From contig DATJRT010000033.1 in NCBI GenBank assembly GCA_035504495.1, forward strand, positions 1 to 54,412: DNA of 54,412 nt, given 5' to 3'. The DNA is from Terracidiphilus sp. GTDB lineage: Bacteria; Acidobacteriota; Terriglobia; Terriglobales; Acidobacteriaceae. The position numbers were made by a program, and so were the translations under genes. The notes beneath the pieces are model-generated. The model saw only the letters and a list, made by a program, of their open reading frames with translations, did no database searches and had not been told where the DNA came from. Numbering within the stretch: the stretch's first letter is position 1; every line of letters begins with the position of its first letter. Positions 1 to 8,692 of the stretch are shown here, one piece after another.

Positions 1-631
1 CGCCGCTGAGCAGGTCGTTCAACTGGCCGCGTCCTACGGGTACCAGGAAAAACACGTTCCACATCACGATGGCCAGCTTCTCGAAGAGGGCGCACAGGCT
101 GTCCAGGTCGCGCGCATTGTGCCGGCTGATGGTGGTATGCACCTGGATGGGAATTCCGGCCTCGTTGGCCCATTCGATGGCCTGGATGGTGCGCGCCCAC
201 GCGCCCGGCAGCCCGCGGAAGGCATCATGAATCTCGGGGGTCGAACCGTCCAGCGAGATGCCCAGCCGCACCAGTCCCGCCGCTTTGAGCTTGAAGACGG
301 CTTCACGCGTCAGCAGCGGCGTTGCGCTCGGGGTAAGGGCCACGTGCACGCCCTTGTCGGCGGCATAGCGGATCAGCTCGAACACATCCACGCGCTTCAA
401 GGGATCGCCTCCGGTAAAGACAAAAATGGGCACATGCATTGCGGCGATCTGGTCGATCAGCGCCTTGGCTTCGGTGTTGGTCAACTGGTCGGGATGCGGA
501 ATCGGCTGCGCGGCGGCGCGGCAATGTTTGCAGGCCAGGTCGCAGGATTGCGTAACCTCCCAGATGGCAAGAAACGGAGACTCGTCGTAGTTGATCCCGC
601 CCCGCGCAGGAATGTTGTGCATTGGCTGCAT
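1..631 (-). CDS. Radical SAM protein, NirJ/Ahb/TIGR04053-like; 3' end runs off the window
   Basis: Manual translation from ATG at 631: MQPMHNIPARGGINYDESPFLAIWEVTQSCDLACKHCRA...FTGGDPL...ISLDG. Has CxxxCxxC and GGDP motifs. Missing from the ORF track because no stop lies in the window. Confidence 0.9.
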   Translation of the reverse strand, partial: MQPMHNIPARGGINYDESPFLAIWEVTQSCDLACKHCRAAAQPIPHPDQLTNTEAKALIDQIAAMHVPIFVFTGGDPLKRVDVFELIRYAADKGVHVALTPSATPLLTREAVFKLKAAGLVRLGISLDGSTPEIHDAFRGLPGAWARTIQAIEWANEAGIPIQVHTTISRHNARDLDSLCALFEKLAIVMWNVFFLVPVGRGQLNDLLSG

Positions 632-662
632 AGGACCCCCACCCGGCCGCGGGCCTGAGAGT

Positions 663-777
663 TAGAGCATTTTCGGAATACACGCAGACTTTTTGAAGTC
701 TCGAATATGGCCTTTTCTTGAGGAAAACGCCACTTGAGTGCAAGGCTTCGGTCTACACCATTTCCGAAAATGCCATA
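663..777. mobile_element. Diverged MITE-like element (copy 0)
   Basis: TA-GAGCATTTTCGGAA ... TTCCGAAAATGCCA-TA, with a 12-bp perfect inverted repeat GCATTTTCGGAA. Centre TTTCTTGAGGAAAA-CGCCACTTGA is shared with the copy at 32915. Confidence 0.7.
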
Positions 778-827
778 GCCGGCTCCGCGATCCAGTTCCA
801 GAAGAGCAGCAACCAACCCCATTCGGC

Positions 828-843
828 TGTGATTGGGATCACG
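828..843. promoter_or_regulatory. CRP/FNR-family box
   Basis: TGTGA-ttggga-TCACG, 9/10 match to TGTGA-N6-TCACA, between divergent radical SAM and USP genes. Confidence 0.6.
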
Positions 844-1021
844 TTCGGTCTTCGGCCAAATGCGCCACCCGATGTAACTGGACAAATTTCCTGAAATGAG
901 GACACAATAAGGTACCTGTGGAGGATTGTGGATATCCCGGCGTTTACCTCGGCTGCGAGCGTTCGACAATGGTTCCGGAAGCCGCGCATCGGGTCTTCTT
1001 TCGAGTGAGATCGATTTTCCG

Positions 1022-1059
1022 GGTGAGATAGAGCACAAAGAGTTGTGCGGCCAGTCACC
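1022..1059. promoter_or_regulatory. Tandem CRP/FNR-like boxes
   Basis: GGTGA-N6-GCACA-N6-TGTGC-N6-TCACC, ending 54 nt before the USP start codon. Confidence 0.5.
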
Positions 1060-1113
1060 GCGAACTGTTCGTCGCCATCGATATAGTTTGGAACGCACCA
1101 CAAGGAGGTTCCC

Positions 1114-2073
1114 ATGGCAGTGGTACTCAAGCCGGGCTGGACAAAACCCTCCACCCTTCTCTTTGCTTCCGAATTACCCGCAAACGAAAAGGCGTTTTCC
1201 TTCGCATTGGCACAGGCAAAGGAGTTTGACGCCGATTTCATTCTCTTTCATGCCTACGACACGCTGGTGGTTTCCACATCGGAGACCTCGGGTGTGCGCT
1301 ACTACGATTACGCCGCAGCCGCGCGTACGGAAAAGCATCAACTGGAGCCGCTGGCAGAGCGCGTCCGCGCCGAGGGCCTGAAATGCGAAGTGGTGGTGCG
1401 TCCGGGAATGCCGGCCGATCAGATTCTCGCCTTCACCCGCGAGCGGGAGATCGATCGCATCGTGATGGGCACGCATTCTCCCGGCCCCATCGGCAAGCTG
1501 TTGGTGGGCTCGGTTGCGGAGGCCGTCCTGCGCAGCGCCAGCGTGCCTGTTTGCATCGTCGGACCGCAGGTGGTTGAGGGCGCCTATCGCGAGTTTGCTA
1601 CGCGGACCATTCTTTGCGCCACCAGCTTGCTTGAGTCGAGCACCGTGGTCGCCGGCTTTGCCGCGGAACTGGCGGCGCAGCATCGCGCCCGCCTCATCCT
1701 GCAACACGTGATTCGTCCGCAGGATCGCGCACGGCTGCTTGCCGGCCGGTCCCTCGATCAGTTGGAAGCCGACATGCTCGCGCTCGTGCCCGCTGCTTTG
1801 CAGGGCAGGATCGCCATCCAGACCATCGTGGTGCCGGGCGATCCGACCGAGGAGCTGCTGTATCAGAGCCGCGCGCAGCAGGCCGATCTTATCGTGCTGG
1901 GCGCGCAGGGCGCTTCGGCCTTTGCCGCGGTGACGCGGCACGGCGTGGTGTACAAGGTGCTCGCGCACGCAAACTGCCCCGTGCTTACGCTCTCGCCGGT
2001 GGTGCTTGCCGAATCCGGATTGAAGGCCGAGAAACCGCAGCCGGCGGAAGAATACATGGCCGGAGTTTTTTAG
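1114..2073 (+). CDS. Universal stress protein (two USP domains)
   Basis: Two USP signatures (IDRIVMGTHS..LLVGSVAEAVLRSASVPV; ADLIVLGAQG..KVLAHANCPVLT). AAGGAGG RBS. Confidence 0.93.
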   Translation: MAVVLKPGWTKPSTLLFASELPANEKAFSFALAQAKEFDADFILFHAYDTLVVSTSETSGVRYYDYAAAARTEKHQLEPLAERVRAEGLKCEVVVRPGMPADQILAFTREREIDRIVMGTHSPGPIGKLLVGSVAEAVLRSASVPVCIVGPQVVEGAYREFATRTILCATSLLESSTVVAGFAAELAAQHRARLILQHVIRPQDRARLLAGRSLDQLEADMLALVPAALQGRIAIQTIVVPGDPTEELLYQSRAQQADLIVLGAQGASAFAAVTRHGVVYKVLAHANCPVLTLSPVVLAESGLKAEKPQPAEEYMAGVF

Positions 2074-2107
2074 CGTTCGCGCCAAACTATCCGCGGGCAT
2101 AGAAACG

Positions 2108-2147
2108 CGCCGCCGTTCCCGATGGAGAACCGGCGGCGTTTTCTTTT
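2108..2147 (+). terminator. Intrinsic terminator after usp
   Basis: CGCCGCCG..CGGCGGCG stem followed by TTTTCTTTT, between convergent genes. Confidence 0.7.
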
Positions 2148-2163
2148 GTTCCCCACGGGCGGT

Positions 2164-2313
2164 TCAGATCACGCGCAGCAGCAGAAGCACCACTACGATC
2201 ATGAGCAGCACGCTGACCGTGCCGCCGCCGTAATAACCCCACCCTGGACCCATCCTGTAGCCGCCGTAGCCAAACCCGAAGATCAGAAGGATGAGAATAA
2301 TCAGAAGCAGCAT
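2164..2313 (-). CDS. Small membrane protein, DUF3309-like (49 aa)
   Basis: Manual translation MLLLIILILLIFGFGYGGYRMGPGWGYYGGGTVSVLLMIVVVLLLLRVI*. AAGGAG RBS. Two hydrophobic segments around a Gly/aromatic loop. Confidence 0.82.
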   Translation of the reverse strand: MLLLIILILLIFGFGYGGYRMGPGWGYYGGGTVSVLLMIVVVLLLLRVI

Positions 2314-2395
2314 GTCAGCTCCTTTCTTGGCCGCCGTCCCTGGCGAGCCTTAAGCCGTCTGCTTTTGCGCGACCCTCGCAACCGAGAGCCTCTTT

Positions 2396-2423
2396 AGTTG
2401 CTCGATTCACAGTTGCTCGATTC
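2396..2423. repeat. 13-bp direct repeat, 15-nt period
   Basis: AGTTGCTCGATTC at 2396-2408 and 2411-2423. Confidence 0.7.
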
Positions 2424-2644
2424 GGGCGCGCGGCTTTTTTTCTGCGAGGCCGAAGTTGGTGGCATCAAATCGAATTTCTATACCCTTTCGGCGCACCGCT
2501 TCGGCGCAAGCCTTTTCGTCAGATGCCTTCCCGCCGGGCGGGGCTGCTCGCTCATAAGGGCCCCTCCGCGGCGAACAACCCCGCGCAATAGGCAGGCGTC
2601 CAAGCCTCAGCGGGAGAGGCGAGGCCCGGATAGCGAGGTAAGAC

Positions 2645-2797
2645 ATGCTGTGGACAATCTTTGTAATCCTTCTGGTCCTCTGGCTGTTAGGAGTGGTCAC
2701 TTCCTACACGCTGGGAGGATTCATTCACATTTTGCTTGTGATCGCGCTTGTGGTTCTTCTGATCCAGTTGATCAGCGGACGCAGGCCCGTGGTCTGA
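2645..2797 (+). CDS. lmo0937-family small membrane protein (50 aa)
   Basis: Manual translation MLWTIFVILLVLWLLGVVTSYTLGGFIHILLVIALVVLLIQLISGRRPVV*. GAGGT RBS. LWLLG..GGFIHILL signature. Confidence 0.88.
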   Translation: MLWTIFVILLVLWLLGVVTSYTLGGFIHILLVIALVVLLIQLISGRRPVV

Positions 2798-2898
2798 CCC
2801 ATGGTTCGAGGCGCGGGTGCGAGTGCGAAGGTAAGCGCGGCGCCTTGCGCGATAAGGCAGGCCGCTCAAGGTAACCCAATCCACGGAGGTGGAAGGTC

Positions 2899-3183
2899 AT
2901 GGATAAAGATAGAGTGAAAGGCGCAATCAACGATGCTGCGGGCCGCGCCAAGCGGCAGGTGGGCGAGTGGACCGGCGACACAGATGCTCAGGTGGAAGGC
3001 TCCATGCAGCAGGCCAAAGGGAAGGTGCAGAAGGCCTGGGGCAATATCAAGGATGCGGCCCGCGACGCGGGCAAGGAAGCCAACAGGGAAATGGAGCGTC
3101 AGCGGGAAGCCAACAGCACAGATCGGTCCGAAGCGGACCGCGAGCGCGAGCACGCCGCGCATGAGCACCATCACGGTGCGTAA
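2899..3183 (+). CDS. CsbD family stress protein
   Basis: MDKDRVKG..KRQVGEWTGD...EG..QQAKGKVQKAWG..KD pattern. Confidence 0.9.
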   Translation: MDKDRVKGAINDAAGRAKRQVGEWTGDTDAQVEGSMQQAKGKVQKAWGNIKDAARDAGKEANREMERQREANSTDRSEADREREHAAHEHHHGA

Positions 3184-3258
3184 CCGGGCAGGCGACAGCG
3201 ACCGTCGAATGCCATAACCATAAATTAGACCCGACATCCACAGGGCATCTTAGATACG

Positions 3259-3304
3259 AAAAACCGGCAGGCGGCGCAAGGTTCAACCCGCCCGCCGGTT
3301 TTTT
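3259..3304. terminator. Intrinsic (possibly bidirectional) terminator
   Basis: AAAAA-CCGGCAGGCGG...CCGCCCGCCGG-TTTTTT. Confidence 0.75.
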
Positions 3305-3468
3305 CTTTGTGTCCGCCACAGCCCGATCGAGCCAGCTCCAGCAAGCCAGCAGCGGCCCGATTGAAGAGCCTCAAGAAGACCGGGCTCTTGCGCGATTGGG
3401 TACTTCGGGGCCATTGCGCCTGCTTTCCGCCTTGCTCCTCCAATCGCAGGACGGTAATCTCCTTTCGT

Positions 3469-3732
3469 ATGGGGATTACCATCAACAAGCGAAGCAGCGA
3501 GATTCCCGACGAGATTTATCAGGCGGTGGCGGATCTGGGCGGCCGGCCGGAATTTGAAGGAGACTGGCACGTCTCCGTCCTTCCCGCTCACGACAATGAC
3601 GACTGGCAGTTGAGCCTCGCGTCACGCTGGATGCGCGCGCCGGCAATCGACCTTGCGCCCGAGCATCAGTCTGCCACCGGCGTGCAACGCGCGCTGCATT
3701 CCATGCTCGAGTCGCTCGAAGAGGAATCCTGA
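3469..3732 (+). CDS. Hypothetical protein (87 aa)
   Basis: MGITINKRSSEIPDEIYQAV...; protein-like composition, fills the gap before pgl. Start codon chosen by inspection. Confidence 0.6.
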   Translation: MGITINKRSSEIPDEIYQAVADLGGRPEFEGDWHVSVLPAHDNDDWQLSLASRWMRAPAIDLAPEHQSATGVQRALHSMLESLEEES

Positions 3733-3798
3733 AAGCCCTCGAGGCGCAAAGCTCTTTCTCCGGCCCTCCCCGTGTAAGGTAGAACTCGGAGGGCGCCC

Positions 3799-4611
3799 AT
3801 GCCGCAGAAACTCCGCATCGAATATTTCGTCGAGCCCGACGCGGCCGCTCTTGCCCGGCGCGCCGCGCAGCACTTTGTTGAAGTCACGTCGCAGGCAGCC
3901 GCAGCGCGCGGGCAGGCGCGCATCGCCATCAGCGGCGGGTCCACGCCCAAGGCGGCTTTCGAGCTGCTCGCCGATGCCGGGCAGCCCTTCCGCGCCGCCA
4001 TGCCCTGGGACAAGCTCGATCTTTACTGGGTCGACGAGCGCTGCGTTCCGCCGGACCACCCCGACTCCAACTACCGCATGACGCGCGAGGCCCTGCTCGA
4101 CCACGTGCCGCTGGCAGCCGCGCGCATTCATCGCATGGAAGGCGAGCTCGCGCCCGTGGTTGCCGCTGCGCGCTACGAGGCGGAGCTGCGCTCGAGCTTT
4201 CACGTGGAGGGCGCCGAGCGGCCCCGCTTCGATCTCATTGCACTCGGCATGGGCCCTGACGGCCACACCGCCTCGCTCTTTCCGCACACGGCCGCGCTTG
4301 AGGAGATGAGCCGGCTCGTGGTCGCCAATCATGTCCAGAACAAGGACGCCTGGCGCATCACCCTCACCCGGCCGGTCATCAACGAGGGCGCAAGCGTTTT
4401 CTTTCTCATCGCCGGCGCGGACAAGGCGCAGATTCTCAAGGAAGCGATGCTGGGCCCGCGCGATCCCGAGCGCCTGCCCAGCCAGTTCATCGCACCTGCG
4501 GGCGGTATACTGACCTTGCTTCTGGACAAGGCTGCGGCCTCACTGCTGCCCGCCCCCAACGAAAAGGGTATGGGCGGTTTCGGTTTTGGCGCTGTTGAGA
4601 GGGAAGGATGA
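3799..4611 (+). CDS. pgl: 6-phosphogluconolactonase
   Basis: ISGGSTP, WVDERCVPPDHPDSNY and LGMGPDGHTASLFP motifs. Confidence 0.95.
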   Translation: MPQKLRIEYFVEPDAAALARRAAQHFVEVTSQAAAARGQARIAISGGSTPKAAFELLADAGQPFRAAMPWDKLDLYWVDERCVPPDHPDSNYRMTREALLDHVPLAAARIHRMEGELAPVVAAARYEAELRSSFHVEGAERPRFDLIALGMGPDGHTASLFPHTAALEEMSRLVVANHVQNKDAWRITLTRPVINEGASVFFLIAGADKAQILKEAMLGPRDPERLPSQFIAPAGGILTLLLDKAAASLLPAPNEKGMGGFGFGAVEREG

Positions 4612-5627
4612 TTCTTGCGGGCGATGTCGGCGGCACCAAGGTCCACCTGGCGCTCTTCGACTTTACGGACGGCGAACTGAAGCATACCCGCGATCGGCAA
4701 TATCCGGCCAAAGAATATTCGGGCCTGGAAGAGATCGTCAGCGAATTCATCGTCACGGAAAAAGTCTTTGCCGCCTGCTTCGGCGTGCCCGGCCCGGTGC
4801 GGGAGGGCCGCCTGCGCCTGACCAACCTGCCGTGGACGCTGGACAGCCGCGAACTGGCCGCCAATCTCAAGATTGACTACGTCTTCCTGATCAACGATCT
4901 TCAGGCCAACGGCTACGGCATCTCCGAGCTCGGCGCCGATCAAATCTACACGCTAAGCGAAGGCGACGCCCGCCAGATCGGCAACCGCGCCCTCATCTCC
5001 GCCGGCACCGGGCTGGGCGAGGCGCTGCTCATCTGGGACGGCCGCGACTACGTGCCCTACCCCTCCGAAGGCGGCCACTCCGATTTTGCCCCGCGTAACG
5101 AAGATGAGATCGACTTGCTCCGTTTCCTCATAAGGAAATACAACGGGCGCATCAGCTTTGAACGCGTGGTCAGCGGCCAGGGCCTGACCAATTGCTACGA
5201 GTTCCTGCGCGAGGTGCGCGGCGTGGAAGAGCCAGCCGCGCTGGCCGAACGCATGGCCCACGAAGATCCCAACGCGGTGATCACCGAGCTTGCGCTTGCG
5301 GCCAAGAGCGAAATCTGCGAGAAGGCCCTCGACCTGTTCGTCTCCGCCTACGGCGCCGAGGCCGGCAACCTTGCCCTCAAAGTGCTCTCCGTCGGCGGAC
5401 TTTACGTGGGCGGCGGCATCGCCCCGCGCATTCTGGAAAAGCTGAAAGACGGCACTTTTATGAAGGCGTTCACCGACAAAGGCCGCCTTAGCCAACTGCT
5501 GGTGCACATGCCCGTGCGCATCATCCTCGAGAGCCGAACTGCACTGATCGGCGCGGCCGCGTACGCGGAGGCCCGCGCCGCGGAGCTCAGCGGCATATCG
5601 CCCCGCGCCGCCAGCGTGAAGTTTTAG
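4608..5627 (+). CDS. glk: Glucokinase
   Basis: ILAGDVGGTK, LINDL, AGTGLGEA, SEGGH and GGGIAP motifs. ATGA overlap with pgl. Confidence 0.95.
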   Translation: MILAGDVGGTKVHLALFDFTDGELKHTRDRQYPAKEYSGLEEIVSEFIVTEKVFAACFGVPGPVREGRLRLTNLPWTLDSRELAANLKIDYVFLINDLQANGYGISELGADQIYTLSEGDARQIGNRALISAGTGLGEALLIWDGRDYVPYPSEGGHSDFAPRNEDEIDLLRFLIRKYNGRISFERVVSGQGLTNCYEFLREVRGVEEPAALAERMAHEDPNAVITELALAAKSEICEKALDLFVSAYGAEAGNLALKVLSVGGLYVGGGIAPRILEKLKDGTFMKAFTDKGRLSQLLVHMPVRIILESRTALIGAAAYAEARAAELSGISPRAASVKF

Positions 5628-5709
5628 CCCGCGTCGGTGCGGCGCTCCTGAGTGAGCGCTGATTCCTAGTTTCTACGCGTAGCTTTACGGCTATCCTTGG
5701 ATCAGCCGT

Positions 5710-7104
5710 ATGCCCTTCGCCCACACCATCGGCAGCCGCTGTTACAACTTCGCCGGCCTGCGCGAGCTGCTGGCCAAGGCTACGCCGCTGCGCAGCGGCG
5801 ACGTGCTGGCCGGCATCGCGGCGCAGTCGGCCGAAGAACGCGTGGCCGCGCAGTACGCGCTGGGCGACGTTCCCCTCGCGCATTTCTGCGACGAGCAGGT
5901 GGTGCCCTACGAAACCGACGAGGTGACGCGCCTCATCCTCGATACGCAAGACCAAGAGGCCTTTGCGCCGGTGCGCTCCTTCACCGTGGGCGAGCTGCGC
6001 GAGTGGCTGCTCTCCGACGAGGCCACGCCGGAGCGCATCGCCGGGCTTTCGCCGGGCCTGACGCCGGAGATGGCCGCGGCGGTGAGCAAGCTGATGCGGA
6101 TGCAGGACCTGATTGCCGCCGCAGCCAAAATCCGCGTGGTGACGCGCTTCCGCACCACCGTGGGATTGGCCGGCCGCCTGAGCGCGCGGCTGCAGCCCAA
6201 CCACCCCACGGATTCGCCCGCCGGCATCGCCGTCTCCATTCTCGACGGCCTTTTGCTCGGCTCCGGCGACGCGGTCATCGGCATCAACCCCGCCGGCGAG
6301 TCGGCGGAGAACACGGTGCGGCTTCTGCGCATGGTCGACGCGCTGCGCCAGCGCTTCCGCATCCCTACGCAGAGCTGCGTGCTTGCCCACATCACCACGC
6401 AGATGGCTGCGCTGGCGCGGGGCGCGCCCGTCGATCTTCTCTTTCAGTCGATCGCCGGGACCGAGGCCGCCAATCGCAGCTTCGGCGTTTCTCTCGCTCT
6501 CCTTGAGGAGGCGCACGATGCCGTCCGGCAACTCAATCGCGGCGCCGTCTGCGCCGATGGTGAGCTGGGCGCGAACGTGATGTATTTTGAGACGGGCCAG
6601 GGCTCGGCGCTCTCGGCCAACGCGCACTATGGCGCAGGCGGTTTGGGGGTCGACCAGCAGACCCTCGAGGCGCGCGCCTACGGCGTGGCCCGCCGCTTCC
6701 AGCCCATGCTCGTCAACACAGTCGTCGGCTTCATCGGGCCGGAGTATTTGTATGACGGCAAGCAGATCGTCCGCGCCGGCCTTGAAGACCATTTCTGCGG
6801 CAAGCTCCTCGGTCTGCCCATGGGCTGCGACGTCTGCTACACCAACCACGCGGAAGCCGACCAGGACGACATGGACGCGCTGCTCACGCTGCTGGGCGCG
6901 GCCGGCGTGAATTACATCATGGGCGTTCCCGGCGCAGACGATGTGATGCTCAACTACCAGAGCACCAGCTTTCACGACGCGCTCTATCTGCGCCGCATTC
7001 TCGGCCTCAGGCCCGCGCCCGAGTTCGAAGCGTGGATGCAGGGCGAGGAATTTGCGCGCCTCGCCCTCGAAGCCGAGCATCCGGAAAGGCTGCTCCCAGC
7101 ATGA
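5710..7104 (+). CDS. eutB: Ethanolamine ammonia-lyase large subunit
   Basis: RSGDVLAG, RLQPNHPTD, QSCVLAH, MYFETGQGS, VNTVVGFIGPEY and DVCYTNH motifs. Confidence 0.97.
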   Translation: MPFAHTIGSRCYNFAGLRELLAKATPLRSGDVLAGIAAQSAEERVAAQYALGDVPLAHFCDEQVVPYETDEVTRLILDTQDQEAFAPVRSFTVGELREWLLSDEATPERIAGLSPGLTPEMAAAVSKLMRMQDLIAAAAKIRVVTRFRTTVGLAGRLSARLQPNHPTDSPAGIAVSILDGLLLGSGDAVIGINPAGESAENTVRLLRMVDALRQRFRIPTQSCVLAHITTQMAALARGAPVDLLFQSIAGTEAANRSFGVSLALLEEAHDAVRQLNRGAVCADGELGANVMYFETGQGSALSANAHYGAGGLGVDQQTLEARAYGVARRFQPMLVNTVVGFIGPEYLYDGKQIVRAGLEDHFCGKLLGLPMGCDVCYTNHAEADQDDMDALLTLLGAAGVNYIMGVPGADDVMLNYQSTSFHDALYLRRILGLRPAPEFEAWMQGEEFARLALEAEHPERLLPA

Positions 7105-7943
7105 GCGAGGGCACGAGCGAGCGTATGAGCGATGGCGTGAGTGGGATCGCCCGGCGCATTCCGGAATCCTCTCCCGCCTTTGCTACCCTGCGCACGAGCG
7201 GCCGCGCCTTTACCTCGGCGCGCGTGGGCCTGGGGCGAACCGGCGTCAGCCTCTCCACGCGCGACCGTCTCGACTTCGAGCGCTGCCATGCGCTCGCCCG
7301 CGATGCCGTGCACGCCCGCCTGGAATCTGCCGCGCTTTCCCGCACCCTCGGCTCTCTTTTGGGCGGCGCCGTCCTGCGCCTGCACTCGGCCGCGCCCGAT
7401 CGCGCCACCTACCTCCAGCGCCCCGATCTCGGCCGCGCGCTTAGCGAATCCAGCCGCACGCTACTTTCTGCGCACGCCGAGACGCATCCCGGAAACACGC
7501 CGGACCTGGCCTTGATCGTGGCCGACGGTCTCTCCGCGCTCGCCGTCGAGCGCCACGCCGCGCCGCTCCTCGAGGAGCTGCTCCCGAGCCTGCAGAACTG
7601 GAGTCTCGCGCCGCTTTCGGTCGTCGAGCAGGGCCGCGTCGCCATCGGAGACGAGATCGGCCTCGTCCTCCGCGCGCAGCTCGCCGTGATTCTCATCGGT
7701 GAGCGCCCCGGCCTCAGCTCGCCCGACTCACTCGGCGCTTACGTTACGTTTGACCCGCGGCCCGGTCGCACCGACGCTGAGCGCAACTGCGTTTCCAATA
7801 TCCGCCCGGAAGGCCTCAATTACCCGCAGGCCGCGGCGCAGCTTGGCGCTATTCTGGAGCAGGCGCGGCGCCGGCAGTTCACCGGCGTCGCACTTCAGAA
7901 TCAGAAATGCTTCGATCGAACAAGCTTTCCGGAAAGAGGCTGA
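7101..7943 (+). CDS. eutC: Ethanolamine ammonia-lyase small subunit
   Basis: HALARDAVH, YLQRPDLGR, ADGLSA, LIGERPGLSSPDSLG and DAERNCVSNI motifs. ATGA overlap with eutB (alternative start 7125). Confidence 0.94.
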   Translation: MSEGTSERMSDGVSGIARRIPESSPAFATLRTSGRAFTSARVGLGRTGVSLSTRDRLDFERCHALARDAVHARLESAALSRTLGSLLGGAVLRLHSAAPDRATYLQRPDLGRALSESSRTLLSAHAETHPGNTPDLALIVADGLSALAVERHAAPLLEELLPSLQNWSLAPLSVVEQGRVAIGDEIGLVLRAQLAVILIGERPGLSSPDSLGAYVTFDPRPGRTDAERNCVSNIRPEGLNYPQAAAQLGAILEQARRRQFTGVALQNQKCFDRTSFPERG

Positions 7944-7946
7944 ATC

Positions 7947-8231
7947 GTGTTCCGCCTGCTGGGCCGCTGGATCTTCCGCGCCTTCGTCTCCATGGCCGCC
8001 TGCTTTCTGGTCACCTACATCGTCGACTTTACCGTCTATCATCTGCGCGGCTCGCCCACCTCCACCGTCACCGTCAACCGCTATATGGGCATTCCGCTTA
8101 AAGGCCAGAAGGAAGAGTACGATTATCTCGGCCCCGTCACCGTTCCCTGCGCGGTTGCGCTCTTTCCGCAGGACGGCCAGGACCCATGCTGGCATCTGCG
8201 CAAGCATCCCGATCAATGGCAGAATCTTTAG
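7947..8231 (+). CDS. Hypothetical membrane-anchored protein
   Basis: GTG start 3 nt after eutC. N-terminal TM segment; C-terminal C..LFPQ...PCW. Confidence 0.75.
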   Translation: MFRLLGRWIFRAFVSMAACFLVTYIVDFTVYHLRGSPTSTVTVNRYMGIPLKGQKEEYDYLGPVTVPCAVALFPQDGQDPCWHLRKHPDQWQNL

Positions 8232-8283
8232 GGAAGAAGGAATTGGGGAGGACCTTTAGCGCCTGCCCGCATTACAACCCCTG

Positions 8284-8299
8284 TGTGCCGGGCATCACT
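8284..8299. promoter_or_regulatory. Possible CRP/FNR-like box
   Basis: TGTGC-cgggca-TCACT, 44 nt upstream of ORF 8344. Confidence 0.35.
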
Positions 8300-8343
8300 C
8301 CGCGCAAAAGCAGTTCGCGATAGGATCTGGAAGGTAGAACGCT

Positions 8344-8538
8344 ATGTACAATCGCACGCAAAACGAGAACGGCAGTTACAACAGCCGCTGCCTCGACTGC
8401 TTCCTGACCATCGCCTCATCCGTCGAAAGCGAACCGGAACTGGACGCGATTGAAGCGCGCCACATCTGTCCGGAAAAGGCTCTCTCCTGGCTGGCAGCGC
8501 AGGAACATGCCGCTGAGCAACAGACGTCGCGCTCTTAA
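8344..8538 (+). CDS. Small hypothetical protein with CxxC..HxC (64 aa)
   Basis: CLDC and HIC motifs. GGAAGGT upstream. Confidence 0.72.
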   Translation: MYNRTQNENGSYNSRCLDCFLTIASSVESEPELDAIEARHICPEKALSWLAAQEHAAEQQTSRS

Positions 8539-8692
8539 GGCATTTCTCCTTCAGGCATAGCCGTCTTGATTTTCGTGCAAGGTGGCGATTTCTTCCGCCC
8601 CAGCGACCTAGACCTGTCGCCGGGGACCCCCAGGGAAAATCGCCACTTGAAGGTATCGGTTTCGGTATACATCAGAAGGAGAAATGCTCTTA
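8536..8692. mobile_element. MITE-like element (copy 1) with internal 40-bp hairpin module
   Basis: TIR GCATTTCTCCTTC / GAAGGAGAAATGC, TA at the ends. Near-identical to the copies at 32915 and 54273. Confidence 0.88.

Noticed and set aside
119-658. 179-aa plus-strand ORF
   Set aside because: Antisense to the radical SAM gene, which has clear motifs.
3283-3415. Short minus-strand ORF MAPKYPIAQEPG...
   Set aside because: Runs into the terminator hairpin and has no recognisable features.
8536-8692. Repeats as a possible CRISPR array
   Set aside because: Copies are dispersed, over 100 bp, have TIRs and no spacers; no cas genes are present.
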